IMG/VR virus record: IMGVR_UViG_3300021963_009993
Location: 96,001-160,000 of that record
Length of the DNA: 64,000 nucleotides
Reading direction: 5' to 3' (one strand)
From: a virus
In this document: piece by piece, positions 28,643-38,404 of the stretch
Layout: every line of letters begins with the position of its first letter
Position numbering within the stretch: the first letter of the stretch is position 1
The notes under the pieces: generated by a model
Seen by the model: the letters and a program-made list of their open reading frames with translations, nothing else
What the model was told of the DNA's origin: nothing
Database searches by the model: none
Program-made: the position numbers and the translations under genes

Positions 28643-31156
28643 ATGCCGACTCCAATATGGTCCGATTATTTTAAGACTTTTGATTTTGCTTTTACCAAAG
28701 ATCCACTAAGTAGGACTTTAAACACCAAAAATATAGTTGGTGCCGGTATTGCACAACCAGACTCCATACCCAGCCTAAGTCCAGATGGTAGCTTTTGGAG
28801 CGGAACTGATTCAAGATTAATTAGACTTCGTGAAACAAACGATTTTATTGACCTGTCAACTGTAACAAACAGGCAAAGCAGATACAAGGAATACGAAAGA
28901 CTTATTACCATTCCAGAAATCGAAATGGCATTGAATGTCTTCGCAGACGAAGCTTGTGTTGCTGGCAGAACAAAAGTCGCAACTCCATTCGGAATGATAC
29001 CAATAGAAAAATTGGCAGAAACACATGCGAATGAAAAATTCTTGGTCTACTGCTATGATTTCAAAAAGAAAGATTACACACTTGGATGGGGGCATAGTCC
29101 ACGAAAAACAAAAACTGAAAAAACAATAATCATAATTTTCACAGATGGTACTGATTTGGAATGCACAGCAGATCATAAGATTCTTCTGAGAGATGGAACT
29201 TGGATTGCAGCAGGGGAAATAAGAGAAGAAATGGAAATCATGCCGTTTTATAGGTGTGAACCAAGAAAATATATGTCAAAACTGAATGAAAAACAGTTTC
29301 CCAGAATATACACCCACACAAAAGGATGGATTCACGAAAGACAATTAGTCGATGAATGGAGAACAGGAAAAGAAAACGAAAGGCAACAACTCGTAAACAA
29401 GTTCTGTCGCCATGTTTGTGAAGGATTAACTGTAGCAAAATTGGAAGAAATATTAAATACAAACTACATCACAATAACAAAAAACCTTAAAAAAGAAGGT
29501 TTTTGTATTGACGAATTAAGATGGCTTGGCAAAAAGAAAGATAGAAAAACAGTAAGATCAGTTATAGAAGGCAGAACAACAGATGTTTATGATTTGACTG
29601 TTGAAGAACACCACAATTTTTGCACAGATACAGTTGTCGTACATAATTGTCAAAAAGATGCTAACGGCAATATACTCAAAATTCATTGTGAAAACGATGA
29701 TGTAAAAGAAGAACTTGAATTTCTGTTCTTCCATAGATCAATGATAAACATCAATAGAAGAGCATGGGCAGATTTCAAATCTCTTTTGCTTTATGGGGAT
29801 CTTTTTTATGAAATAATAATCAATCTAGATAATCCTCAAGATGGTGTGTTAAGGCTGTTAAAACTACCACCAGAATCGATGTACAGAATTGAAACTACAA
29901 AAGGAAAAGTAGTTGAATTCCAACAATCTAAAGAAGGCCCAGATTACCAAAGCTTGACAAGGGCTCCAGTCACTCAAGCAACTGATCAAGAAATCATGAT
30001 GGCAACAGCAATACGATTTGCTCCCGAACAGGTAATCCATGCCAGAATTGGTGATGATAGGAAAATGTTCTATCCATATGGCGTTTCGATGGTTGAAGCT
30101 GCCAGAGGGCCAGCACACCAATTAAGACTCATGGAAGATGCCATGTTGGTTTATAGACTTTCAAGAAGCCCTGAAAGAAGAGTTTTCTACATAGATGTCG
30201 GACAACTTCCACCATTCAAAGCAGAAGCATTTATAGAAAAAATGAAAGATCAATTCAGGAAGAAAAAAATATCCACAAATAGAACAGGTATGACTGGGCC
30301 TAATTCCGTTGAGGAAAGATACCATGCACCAGCGGTAGATGAGGATTACTGGTTGCCCATAAGACCAAATTCCAACACAAAAATTGAAACACTTCCTGGT
30401 GCCCAAAATCTCGGTGAAATAGATGATGCAATCTATTTCAGAAACAGATTGTTTACAGCTTTGCAATTCCCCAAAAATTATTTCAATGTAGAAGATGCAT
30501 CAGTAACAAAAATAACACTATCAGCCCAAGATGTTCGTGTTGCAAGACTTGTCGAAAGACTACAAGCTCCTTTTGAGGATGCTATGTGGGAAGTTGCACA
30601 CAGACATTTGCAACTTAGAGGTTTCCCACCAGACACATATACCGATCTGCAAGTAAGAATGACTGCTCCATCTGAATGGCGTGAACTAAGCAGAGCAGAA
30701 GTTGTAAACACAAGAATTCAAAATGCCGGTGCTTTGAAAAGCGGAAACTTATTATCAGATTATGACATCCTTACAAAATGGATGATGTATTCTGAAGATG
30801 AGGCAAAAACACTCATCGCAAGACTAAAGATGCAGAAAATTGAAGATGCCAAACTTCAAGTTCTTGCTCAAAATCCGGCACTTCTTGGCGTTGGAATACC
30901 AGCAGATGATGAATCACAGGAAGGCGAAGAAATTGGCGCAACACCAGAAGGACCAAGTCCACAGCTTGCACCACCCGGAGAAGAGAACATACCACAAGAA
31001 CCAAGTGGTTTTGAGGGACAACAAGCACCAAACACAAGCGTTGGTGGCGCACCCATTCCATTCCCAAGCTCAAAGGATATTCAGAAATATGATATGGAAA
31101 TCAATAATTATGCCAATGAAGAAGATTATGAAAGCCCGGATTTTGATGTTGAATAG
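28643..31156 (+). CDS. gp20: Portal protein (T4 gp20-like) containing an intein
   Basis: RSPERRVFYIDVGQLP and EDYWLP.R...IETLPGAQNLGEIDD..YF are gp20 hallmarks. Confidence 0.95.
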   Translation: MPTPIWSDYFKTFDFAFTKDPLSRTLNTKNIVGAGIAQPDSIPSLSPDGSFWSGTDSRLIRLRETNDFIDLSTVTNRQSRYKEYERLITIPEIEMALNVFADEACVAGRTKVATPFGMIPIEKLAETHANEKFLVYCYDFKKKDYTLGWGHSPRKTKTEKTIIIIFTDGTDLECTADHKILLRDGTWIAAGEIREEMEIMPFYRCEPRKYMSKLNEKQFPRIYTHTKGWIHERQLVDEWRTGKENERQQLVNKFCRHVCEGLTVAKLEEILNTNYITITKNLKKEGFCIDELRWLGKKKDRKTVRSVIEGRTTDVYDLTVEEHHNFCTDTVVVHNCQKDANGNILKIHCENDDVKEELEFLFFHRSMININRRAWADFKSLLLYGDLFYEIIINLDNPQDGVLRLLKLPPESMYRIETTKGKVVEFQQSKEGPDYQSLTRAPVTQATDQEIMMATAIRFAPEQVIHARIGDDRKMFYPYGVSMVEAARGPAHQLRLMEDAMLVYRLSRSPERRVFYIDVGQLPPFKAEAFIEKMKDQFRKKKISTNRTGMTGPNSVEERYHAPAVDEDYWLPIRPNSNTKIETLPGAQNLGEIDDAIYFRNRLFTALQFPKNYFNVEDASVTKITLSAQDVRVARLVERLQAPFEDAMWEVAHRHLQLRGFPPDTYTDLQVRMTAPSEWRELSRAEVVNTRIQNAGALKSGNLLSDYDILTKWMMYSEDEAKTLIARLKMQKIEDAKLQVLAQNPALLGVGIPADDESQEGEEIGATPEGPSPQLAPPGEENIPQEPSGFEGQQAPNTSVGGAPIPFPSSKDIQKYDMEINNYANEEDYESPDFDVE
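28955..29647 (+). mobile_element. Intein (231 aa, Cys+1) in the portal protein
   Basis: Block A CVAGRTKV, block B TADHKIL, block F VYDLTVEEHHNF, block G VVHN followed by C; removal gives FADEA-CQKD. Confidence 0.92.
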
Positions 31157-31455
31157 TTAACCAATCCACGCTGACCACCATAACCTTTGACATATCCCAA
31201 TCCAGATTCGACTGGATTTTCAATGAAGTCATCAGCGTCCGACATCAAATCGTTCATCACATTCTTAACAGCATCTTCCCTGTCGGCAAATGACTGAATG
31301 AAATCAAAACATTCAGTAGGATATTTTTGGACAAGTGTTTTAAACAATTCTACGGAACTATCCGCAAGCTTTGCCTGCAAATCCACAGGAAGCTTGGAAA
31401 TAATTATGCCAGAATTCTTGTCATTTTCTTCTAAATAATTTAAAAAAGATTTCAT
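31126..31455 (-). CDS. Small protein with capsid-targeting-like N-terminus
   Basis: MKSFLNYLEE; GTAAATA upstream on the minus strand. Confidence 0.6.
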   Translation of the reverse strand: MKSFLNYLEENDKNSGIIISKLPVDLQAKLADSSVELFKTLVQKYPTECFDFIQSFADREDAVKNVMNDLMSDADDFIENPVESGLGYVKGYGGQRGLVNYSTSKSGLS

Positions 31456-31594
31456 GTTTCACCAAAAATTATTTACTACTTAATACATATTTTTTAGTTA
31501 ACAAATGTTTTTTCTTTATTTTTTAATCAAAGAATTAACATAATACCATATATAACCCTAGCGTTTTGTATTAAAACTTTTGTGGAGAGTTAGC

Positions 31595-33388
31595 ATGAAG
31601 AAAAAATTTATTGACTTCAACACTTTCAAGGCTCTTGAAAGCAATTCACTAACAGCTATTGAAAAAGAACTAAATGAGGCCTCCGAAATCTTGGCCAAAG
31701 TTCTAAATGAAAAAGTTCTCAGCGTTCATTGCCTAAACGAGAACGATGTCACATTTATCAACGCTGACGGCAACTTGATTCATGCCGATATCAGCATGGA
31801 CAAGAATAACTTGATCCTAGAGAACATCGAAGAATTGGTTATTGATGAATCCAGCTTCAACAATGGCAGAAAAGAAATTGTCAACAAGATGGTAGAAAGC
31901 ATTCTAGAAGACAATTTGGCAGAAGCTAGCATAAGATTCTCCGACTATTTCAACAACGCTACTCTCAAAGCTAACTTGCGTGAAGGAATCATCTCCGAAG
32001 CAGAAGAAAAAGAAGAGAAAAAGAGCAAGAAGAAAGGCAAAATGCCTGAAGGTCTTCTCAAGTATTTTCAAGCCAAAGCAAAGAAAAAAGGCATGTCCAG
32101 CGACAAGATGATGAAGAGAAAAGCCAAGAAAGGCAAGTTCCACGGCAAGAGACTATCGAAGCTTGGCAAGATGGCTGGCGACAAGAAAATGCACGAGTGG
32201 AATGTAATTTCTACTAACATTCTTGAATTTGTTGATTTCAAGAACAGCGGAAATGTTTTCCAAAATGTTCGCAGCAATCGTGATGGAAACGGAAATGTAA
32301 CCTCTTTGTCACTCCCAAGAACACATGTTAGAAACGAAGGCAAGATCCTAAGTTTCACATGGAATGTTTGCAACGCTGCTGCTGAAAATGGCAGAAAAGA
32401 TGCCAAGAAGATGGGAATGCATGAGTCCAACTGGGTTCGTGCTGTCAACGACATCAAGAGACTAAATGCTCTAAATGAAACAGAATCACTAGAAACAGCT
32501 TTTGAAAACATCGCAGCTGCTTGGCCAAATGTAATTTATTTGACAGCTAGTGAATTATCTTCCAAAATCAACGAGACACTAGATGCTTCTGGTGCTGGTA
32601 ACTATGATGATTCAACCTGTGATTTCCTTGCTGATGGAATTCTAAGAACAGCCCATAAGGCTTATGGCGATAAGGTAAACAAAGTTTACTCCATAGCTGG
32701 CAAGCAATTCAATTCTGATGATTTCGACGGATTCTCCGCTATCGCTGAATCTGTTTACAGAAATCTAGACGAGAACATCAAGACACAATATCAAGTATTC
32801 GCTGACCTATATCGTGGTTTGAGCGAAGCTTATAGAACAGCAGAAAGAATGGGCGACGAAGCCACAAAGGCCGAAACAGCTTCATTCATTCATGAGTGCG
32901 AATTGGTTCTAAACAAAAGAGCCGAACCATCCTTGGATTTGGCTGAAGACGCTGCACTTTACCTACAGACCATCAGCGAAGGAAGTGATTTCGATAGCAA
33001 AGATTGGAATGTTGATGACATGGCTCATGTCAGCACAACATTAGACAATCCAGCTATCCACAAATATGCCTCAATCGATGGCTCACCAGCCAAGAATGCA
33101 GGCAAATTTGATGGCAGTCCAATGTCTGATGGCAAGATGGTCAAAGTAGATGTTGAAGATTATTACACAGGAATGAAGGGAGCAGACATGTTCCCCAGCG
33201 TCAGCAATCCTTATGCTCCAAAACCCGGCGAATTCAAGATTCACGGCGAAAAAGCTATCGATGACGATGAAAATGATTTGGGAACTTATCAAGGTGGAGA
33301 CACTTGGCCAAACCTCAAGAATCCCTACCTTCCAGATCATGGAATGACAATGAAGGATACATCAAAACTCCTTCATGGCAGCGAGTGA
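31595..33388 (+). CDS. Putative prohead core / internal head protein
   Basis: Lies between portal and protease; many L/I-x-E sites; Lys-rich insert; codon style matches the capsid genes. Confidence 0.55.
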   Translation: MKKKFIDFNTFKALESNSLTAIEKELNEASEILAKVLNEKVLSVHCLNENDVTFINADGNLIHADISMDKNNLILENIEELVIDESSFNNGRKEIVNKMVESILEDNLAEASIRFSDYFNNATLKANLREGIISEAEEKEEKKSKKKGKMPEGLLKYFQAKAKKKGMSSDKMMKRKAKKGKFHGKRLSKLGKMAGDKKMHEWNVISTNILEFVDFKNSGNVFQNVRSNRDGNGNVTSLSLPRTHVRNEGKILSFTWNVCNAAAENGRKDAKKMGMHESNWVRAVNDIKRLNALNETESLETAFENIAAAWPNVIYLTASELSSKINETLDASGAGNYDDSTCDFLADGILRTAHKAYGDKVNKVYSIAGKQFNSDDFDGFSAIAESVYRNLDENIKTQYQVFADLYRGLSEAYRTAERMGDEATKAETASFIHECELVLNKRAEPSLDLAEDAALYLQTISEGSDFDSKDWNVDDMAHVSTTLDNPAIHKYASIDGSPAKNAGKFDGSPMSDGKMVKVDVEDYYTGMKGADMFPSVSNPYAPKPGEFKIHGEKAIDDDENDLGTYQGGDTWPNLKNPYLPDHGMTMKDTSKLLHGSE

Positions 33389-33403
33389 ATTAGTAAATCT
33401 AAC

Positions 33404-33415
33404 AATAAATAGGAG
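33404..33415 (+). promoter_or_regulatory. Late promoter-like AATAAATA overlapping the GGAG RBS
   Basis: AATAAATAGGAG just upstream of the GTG start at 33421. Confidence 0.5.
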
Positions 33416-33420
33416 TCGCT

Positions 33421-34092
33421 GTGAACGAAAGACTACTAATAGATTGCTGCATCGGTGGTGGTTTGACCCTCAATCTGAACGAAAGCTCAGATAGGGGTCT
33501 AACCCGTTTCAGAGGAAAATTCCAAGAAGCTGATGCTGTAAACAAAAACAAAAGAATGTACACACATGGTGTACTAGATGAGAATGTAAAGAAATTACAA
33601 GAATGCATGAAAGCCAGAGGCCTAGTCGGTGAACTAGACCATCCAGAAGACTCCATCATTCACTTTGAGAAAGCAAGCCATGTCATCACAAAATTGTGGT
33701 GGGAAGGCAACACACTCATGGGAGAAGGTGAAATACTAAACACCCCTCATGGCAAAATTCTCAAAGCACTTATAAATGATGGCGTTAGGGTTGGTGTTAG
33801 CTCCCGTGGCGTTGGCAACGGAAAGGTGAATGAAAATGGCATCTTAGTGATTAACGAATCGTATAAGTTGATCACATTTGATGTTGTGGCTGATCCGTCA
33901 ACATATGCTGCTTTTCAACAAAAAGTAGGTAGCACAAAAGAAAGTGCAGAATACCTACCTGAAAAAACTGAAAATTCTTCGATTAAAAACGAAGGCAGCA
34001 GCATACATAGAATTAACAAAGAAGCTCTAATAGCTTGCTTGGGCGGTATCGTTAAAGAACAAACTAACAACATCCTAATGAGGTTGGGCTAA
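33421..34092 (+). CDS. gp21: Prohead maturation protease (T4 gp21-like)
   Basis: NKNKRMY, GELDHP, GVSSRGVG and FDVVADPS motifs. Confidence 0.95.
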   Translation: MNERLLIDCCIGGGLTLNLNESSDRGLTRFRGKFQEADAVNKNKRMYTHGVLDENVKKLQECMKARGLVGELDHPEDSIIHFEKASHVITKLWWEGNTLMGEGEILNTPHGKILKALINDGVRVGVSSRGVGNGKVNENGILVINESYKLITFDVVADPSTYAAFQQKVGSTKESAEYLPEKTENSSIKNEGSSIHRINKEALIACLGGIVKEQTNNILMRLG

Positions 34093-34997
34093 TGGAAAAC
34101 AAAATTATCGAATCTTTGAAGAAATTAATTCCTTCTGACCAAATCAACGAGGTCGCTTCAGCCATCAACGAAATGCTGAATGATGCCAAAGAGGATATGG
34201 AAAAGGAATACAATAAGAACCTTGAGGAAGCTTATAGCCAGCTTTCCGCTGAACTAGGCGAATCCGAGAAAGTAGCCTACACAGGCTACCAAGAAGCATA
34301 CGAAATCATCAATGATCTTCGTACTCGCTTGGAAGTCCAAAAGGAAGAATTCGAAAGAACTCTCGAAGAAGGCTACGAAGAAGCTTATCAGATGCTTCTA
34401 GCCGAAAGAAACAATAAGTCCAAGGTCGAAGTTGACCTTTACGAGGAATACGATGGCAAGCTAGCTGAAATGAAGGCATACATCGTTGAGAAAGTTGATC
34501 AATTCCTACAGTTCAAGGGTGGAGAAATCTACGAACAAGCCCGTCAGGATTTGGTAAACGATCCACGCATTCTTGAACACAAGGTTGCCTTGGACAAGAT
34601 TGTAAATATCGCTTCTGGATATCTCTCCGACGAAGAGCGTAGCTTCGCTACCAGCACCAAGTTGGAAGAATCACGCAAGCAACTAGAAGAGTTGAAGGGC
34701 CAACTTCGTATCATGGAAGCCCGTAACATCAGACTCAGCACAGACAACACCCGTCTAACAGAGTCTGTTCGCAAGGCTTCAACAATGATCAACGAGAGCA
34801 AGGTTAACACCGCTGCTACCGTCAAGAAGGTAAAAACCCTAACCGAGCAGAAAGACAGAGTACAGAAAGCAAAGAACGCAAGCGGGAGAGGACATACCGA
34901 CACCGAAAATGTTCAAGTTATTGCGGAATATAACTCAAACAACGGTGAATCAAACGAACTTTTGATTCTCTCAGGCGTGAAGAAGCCAAAAGCTTAA
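34092..34997 (+). CDS. gp22: Prohead scaffold protein (T4 gp22-like)
   Basis: Acidic coiled coil between protease and capsid genes with many LEE/INE/LTE sites. Confidence 0.7.
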   Translation: MENKIIESLKKLIPSDQINEVASAINEMLNDAKEDMEKEYNKNLEEAYSQLSAELGESEKVAYTGYQEAYEIINDLRTRLEVQKEEFERTLEEGYEEAYQMLLAERNNKSKVEVDLYEEYDGKLAEMKAYIVEKVDQFLQFKGGEIYEQARQDLVNDPRILEHKVALDKIVNIASGYLSDEERSFATSTKLEESRKQLEELKGQLRIMEARNIRLSTDNTRLTESVRKASTMINESKVNTAATVKKVKTLTEQKDRVQKAKNASGRGHTDTENVQVIAEYNSNNGESNELLILSGVKKPKA

Positions 34998-35031
34998 GGA
35001 ATTAATCTTACTACTTTTTTAAGAGGTAAAA

Positions 35032-36474
35032 ATGAACGCAAATGCTAGATTTCTAAATGAAGCAAGAGAACTAGAAGGTCGTTGGTCAAAGACAGGCATC
35101 CTAAAGGGAATCGAAGATCCCTATGTCCGCTCTGCTACAGCTGTTCTCCTAGAGAACCAGAGATTGATCAATGAAACTTCTACCGATACAAGCGATGTCG
35201 CTCAGTTCAAGAGAATTTCTATTCCTCTTGTTCGCCGCATCTACCCCCAGTTGATCGCTAACAAAATCGTCAGCGTTCAACCACTACTAGGCCCAACCGG
35301 CTTGGTATACTATCTCCGCTTCCGCTATTCCAGCAACAAGGGCAGCGTCCGTGGTGCTGACAACAATGGTGGATTCCCCGGAGATGATGTAAACTCCCTA
35401 CAACAGCTAGCCTCTGGCGATGCTAACCTAGACATCTTCTATAGCAGCCAGTTCGTTCAGAACGAAACAACCGCTACTGTACCAGCAGGTGCCAGCGCAG
35501 TTGTTAACTACGGTGCCGTAGAACACACACCAGTACTAGCCGGAACCATGACTGGCACCGCTTACTACAATAGCGCAGCAGTCGCAACTTTCGTTGTAAA
35601 TTCCGCTGGCGCAGTAACCATCACCCCAATTACTGGTGCTGTTCTCCCAACAGCTGGCTCAATTGATCTAGCCACAGGCGTTCTAAGCTTGACTTGGAAT
35701 GCTTCAGCAGCTGGCGCATCTTCCTATTGCGTAGTTTCCTACGAGTACAATATGGAATGCAACCAAGATCTTCCTGAGATCAATCTAGTAATTGAATCCG
35801 AAGAAATTGCTGCCAAGACCCGTAAGCTCAAAGCTGTATGGTCCTACGAAGCACAACAAGACCTCCGCTCTCAGCACAACCTAGACGCTGAAGCTGAACT
35901 AACCGGAGTTCTTGCTCAGGAAATCAACCTCGAAATCGACCGTGAAGTAATTCAGGACTTGCGTAACAACGCCGGTACTGTCGCTGCATGGGATCTTGCC
36001 ACCGCCCTAGGTGACACCATCAAGGAAAAATACGAAGCTCTCTATGTCAAGATCGTAGAAGTTTCCAATGTTATCCATCGTAAGACACTTCGTGGTGGAG
36101 CTAACTTCATCGTTACCTCTCCTGAAGTTGCCTCTATCTTCGAAACAGCAACAGCCGGTTTTGCTCCCGCTCCTAGCGAGACATTTACCAGCAGCCTAGG
36201 CATCCAGTATGTCGGCACCGTTGCTAACAGATGGAGACTATACAAAGATCCTCTATTCCCAACCAACCAGTTGTTGATGGGTTACAAGGGCGACAGCTAC
36301 ATGGACAGCGGATATTTCTACTGCCCATATGTACCACTAACACAAACTCCAGTTGTGCTAGATCCAGAGAGCTTCTGCCCCCGTAAGGGAATCCTTACTA
36401 GATACGGCAAGAAATTGCTAAGAGAAGGCGCAAAGTTCTATGCAAGGCTATCAATTGCTAACTTTGTAGTATAA
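35032..36474 (+). CDS. gp23: Major capsid protein (T4 gp23-like)
   Basis: AVLLENQ, VSVQPL.GPTG, AKTRKLKA.WS.EA.QDL, LAQEINLEIDRE and GYFYCPYVPL. Confidence 0.97.
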   Translation: MNANARFLNEARELEGRWSKTGILKGIEDPYVRSATAVLLENQRLINETSTDTSDVAQFKRISIPLVRRIYPQLIANKIVSVQPLLGPTGLVYYLRFRYSSNKGSVRGADNNGGFPGDDVNSLQQLASGDANLDIFYSSQFVQNETTATVPAGASAVVNYGAVEHTPVLAGTMTGTAYYNSAAVATFVVNSAGAVTITPITGAVLPTAGSIDLATGVLSLTWNASAAGASSYCVVSYEYNMECNQDLPEINLVIESEEIAAKTRKLKAVWSYEAQQDLRSQHNLDAEAELTGVLAQEINLEIDREVIQDLRNNAGTVAAWDLATALGDTIKEKYEALYVKIVEVSNVIHRKTLRGGANFIVTSPEVASIFETATAGFAPAPSETFTSSLGIQYVGTVANRWRLYKDPLFPTNQLLMGYKGDSYMDSGYFYCPYVPLTQTPVVLDPESFCPRKGILTRYGKKLLREGAKFYARLSIANFVV

Positions 36475-36507
36475 TAATAGCAACTGATATCAAACTGATA
36501 TCTTTTT

Positions 36508-36544
36508 AGAGCCCCGGCTGGAAAGTCGGGGCTCTTTGTTTTTT
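36508..36544 (+). terminator. Intrinsic terminator after the major capsid gene
   Basis: AGAGCCCCGGC-loop-GTCGGGGCTCT followed by TTGTTTTTT. Confidence 0.85.
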
Positions 36545-36597
36545 CATTTAAAAAATCAATATCAAACTAAATTTTGTGTTTTTACAATTTTATGACC

Positions 36598-36624
36598 TTG
36601 AAAAGGCTTTCTTACTGTGATAAT
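36598..36624 (+). promoter_or_regulatory. Sigma70-like promoter for the endonuclease gene
   Basis: TTGAAA ... TGtGATAAT (extended -10-like) upstream of AAGGAG and ATG 36649. Confidence 0.35.
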
Positions 36625-36648
36625 ATCTTAACAAGGAGAAAACACAAA

Positions 36649-38235
36649 ATGATTATCATTGATATTGCCGATGTAAATAATTACGATAAAAAAGATTGGC
36701 CAAACGATATTTTAATTTTTTCTGACGAATGGGAAAACAGGAATCATCAATGTCAAAATTTTATAAACGCACATAATAATATTCATTTAGAAAAAATTCA
36801 TGGCAGAAAATGTGTTGTCAAAGAAATTAAATCAAGAAAAGGAAAAGATTTTTTATCAACACATCATATTCAAGGATCTAATAATCTTGGCGTAATTTTC
36901 TTTGGTTTATTTTATAAAAATGAACTAATTGGCGTTATGTCTCTTGGTAGACACAACAGACAAATTGCAGATAATAGAATTGTTTTAGATAGATTTTGTA
37001 TAGCTAATGGTATTCATGTTCAAGGAGGAGCAAGCAAACTTTTCAAGAGATGTATTGAATGGGCTAAATTACATAAATACGATGAAATTGTCAGTTTCAG
37101 CGACAATCGTTTGACTAAAGGTCATATCTATGAAGTTTTAGGTTTTGAATTAGAAAAGAATCATAAGCCAGATTATTGCTATGTTGATACTAACAATTCT
37201 TATAAAAGAATTAGCAAACAAAGTCAAAAAAAATCTTCATCAAAATGCCCAGAAGGAATGACAGAATTCGAATGGGCTGATGTGCGTGGCTTGAAAAAAT
37301 TATGGGATAAAGGTAAGAAAAGATGGGTATTCCCACTTGATCCTTCAAAAAAAACATGGAAACAAAAGCTATCACAAAAATGTGCTGAACAAAATAGAAG
37401 AGGGGATTTTAAACACTCCCATGTTAGAGGCTATTTTGCTTCAAAAAAATGCAAATGTGATATTTATTATGGATCATCTTATGAATTGAGATGCCTTTAT
37501 CTTTTAGAACAAGATAATAATGTATCGTGTTTTAAACGAGCAGATGTATTTATAGATAGCGAAGGTAGAAGTCGTAATCCAGATTTTCAAATTGATTATA
37601 TTGATAATTCTAAAGAAATTGTAGAAGTAAAACCTGAATCTAGATTTCACAAAGAATCAGATGTAAAAAAACAAATTTCAGAAACAAAAAAATATGCAGA
37701 ATCTTCTGGATTTAAATTTTCTGTCTGGACAGAACGAAGTTCTGGTCTTGCTAATGATAGGTCGATAATAGAATGGGCAAAAAAGTATATTGCAGAAACA
37801 ACAGGCAATACAGATTGGATTGAAAAACAGAAAGAAAACGATAAGAAAAAAGCCAAAAAACATTATAATTTAAAAATAGCAAATGATAAAATAAAGTTTT
37901 TGTGTTCTTTCTGCAATTTAGAACATGAGGCTTTGCGTTTAACGCATGATCGCAACATAGCCAAAAACGGTCGTTATATTTGTGAAAAAGAAGGTGGACA
38001 CATAGCAGGTAGCAGACCAAAAGACCATCTTAAAAAAGATAACCCATATGCATCTGAAAGAAAAAAACAATGTAATGAATGTAAAGATATCAAACTGTTT
38101 GAAGCATTTTCTCCTGACAAAAGCAAACGAGATGGTTATTCTACTCGTTGCAAAATATGCAGGGCTGCCAAGTATAAAGCAAAATATCAAGAAAAAAAGG
38201 GTAGCGATAGTCAATCGAGCATAGAATCTAAATAA
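36649..38235 (+). CDS. Free-standing homing-endonuclease-like fusion (Hef-like + TnsA-type PD-(D/E)XK + zinc ribbons)
   Basis: FSDEW...GRKCVVKEI...FL..HH.QG (Hef-like); SSYEL...NPDF.I.Y...EVKP (TnsA N-terminal-like); CNEC...CKIC at the C-terminus. Confidence 0.7.
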   Translation: MIIIDIADVNNYDKKDWPNDILIFSDEWENRNHQCQNFINAHNNIHLEKIHGRKCVVKEIKSRKGKDFLSTHHIQGSNNLGVIFFGLFYKNELIGVMSLGRHNRQIADNRIVLDRFCIANGIHVQGGASKLFKRCIEWAKLHKYDEIVSFSDNRLTKGHIYEVLGFELEKNHKPDYCYVDTNNSYKRISKQSQKKSSSKCPEGMTEFEWADVRGLKKLWDKGKKRWVFPLDPSKKTWKQKLSQKCAEQNRRGDFKHSHVRGYFASKKCKCDIYYGSSYELRCLYLLEQDNNVSCFKRADVFIDSEGRSRNPDFQIDYIDNSKEIVEVKPESRFHKESDVKKQISETKKYAESSGFKFSVWTERSSGLANDRSIIEWAKKYIAETTGNTDWIEKQKENDKKKAKKHYNLKIANDKIKFLCSFCNLEHEALRLTHDRNIAKNGRYICEKEGGHIAGSRPKDHLKKDNPYASERKKQCNECKDIKLFEAFSPDKSKRDGYSTRCKICRAAKYKAKYQEKKGSDSQSSIESK

Positions 38236-38260
38236 TAACAATCATATTTGTTATTATTTT
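38231..38260 (+). terminator. Weak AU-rich hairpin at the end of the endonuclease gene
   Basis: AATAATAACAA / TTGTTATTATT 11-bp inverted repeat, 6-nt loop, short T-run. Confidence 0.35.
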
Positions 38261-38332
38261 TGCAAATGCAAGGGTGCTTACTGTAATAAGTTTATGCAGG
38301 ATATGGATAAGTTATTCATATTCTGCATATTT

Positions 38333-38404
38333 GCGAGCGTGGCATATCGGCTGTGCGTTAGCCTTCCAAGCTAATTTAGGTGGGTTCGACTCCCATCGCT
38401 CGCT
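38333..38404 (+). tRNA. tRNA-Gly (TCC), CCA not encoded
   Basis: Acceptor GCGAGCG/CGCTCGC, D-arm GCAT..GTGC, anticodon arm TTAGC-CTTCCAA-GCTAA, T-arm GTGGG-TTCGACT-CCCAT. Confidence 0.92.

Noticed and set aside
36482-36503. Tandem AACTGATATC repeat after the capsid stop codon
   Set aside because: Only two 10-bp copies in AT-rich DNA; could be an operator but there is no supporting evidence.
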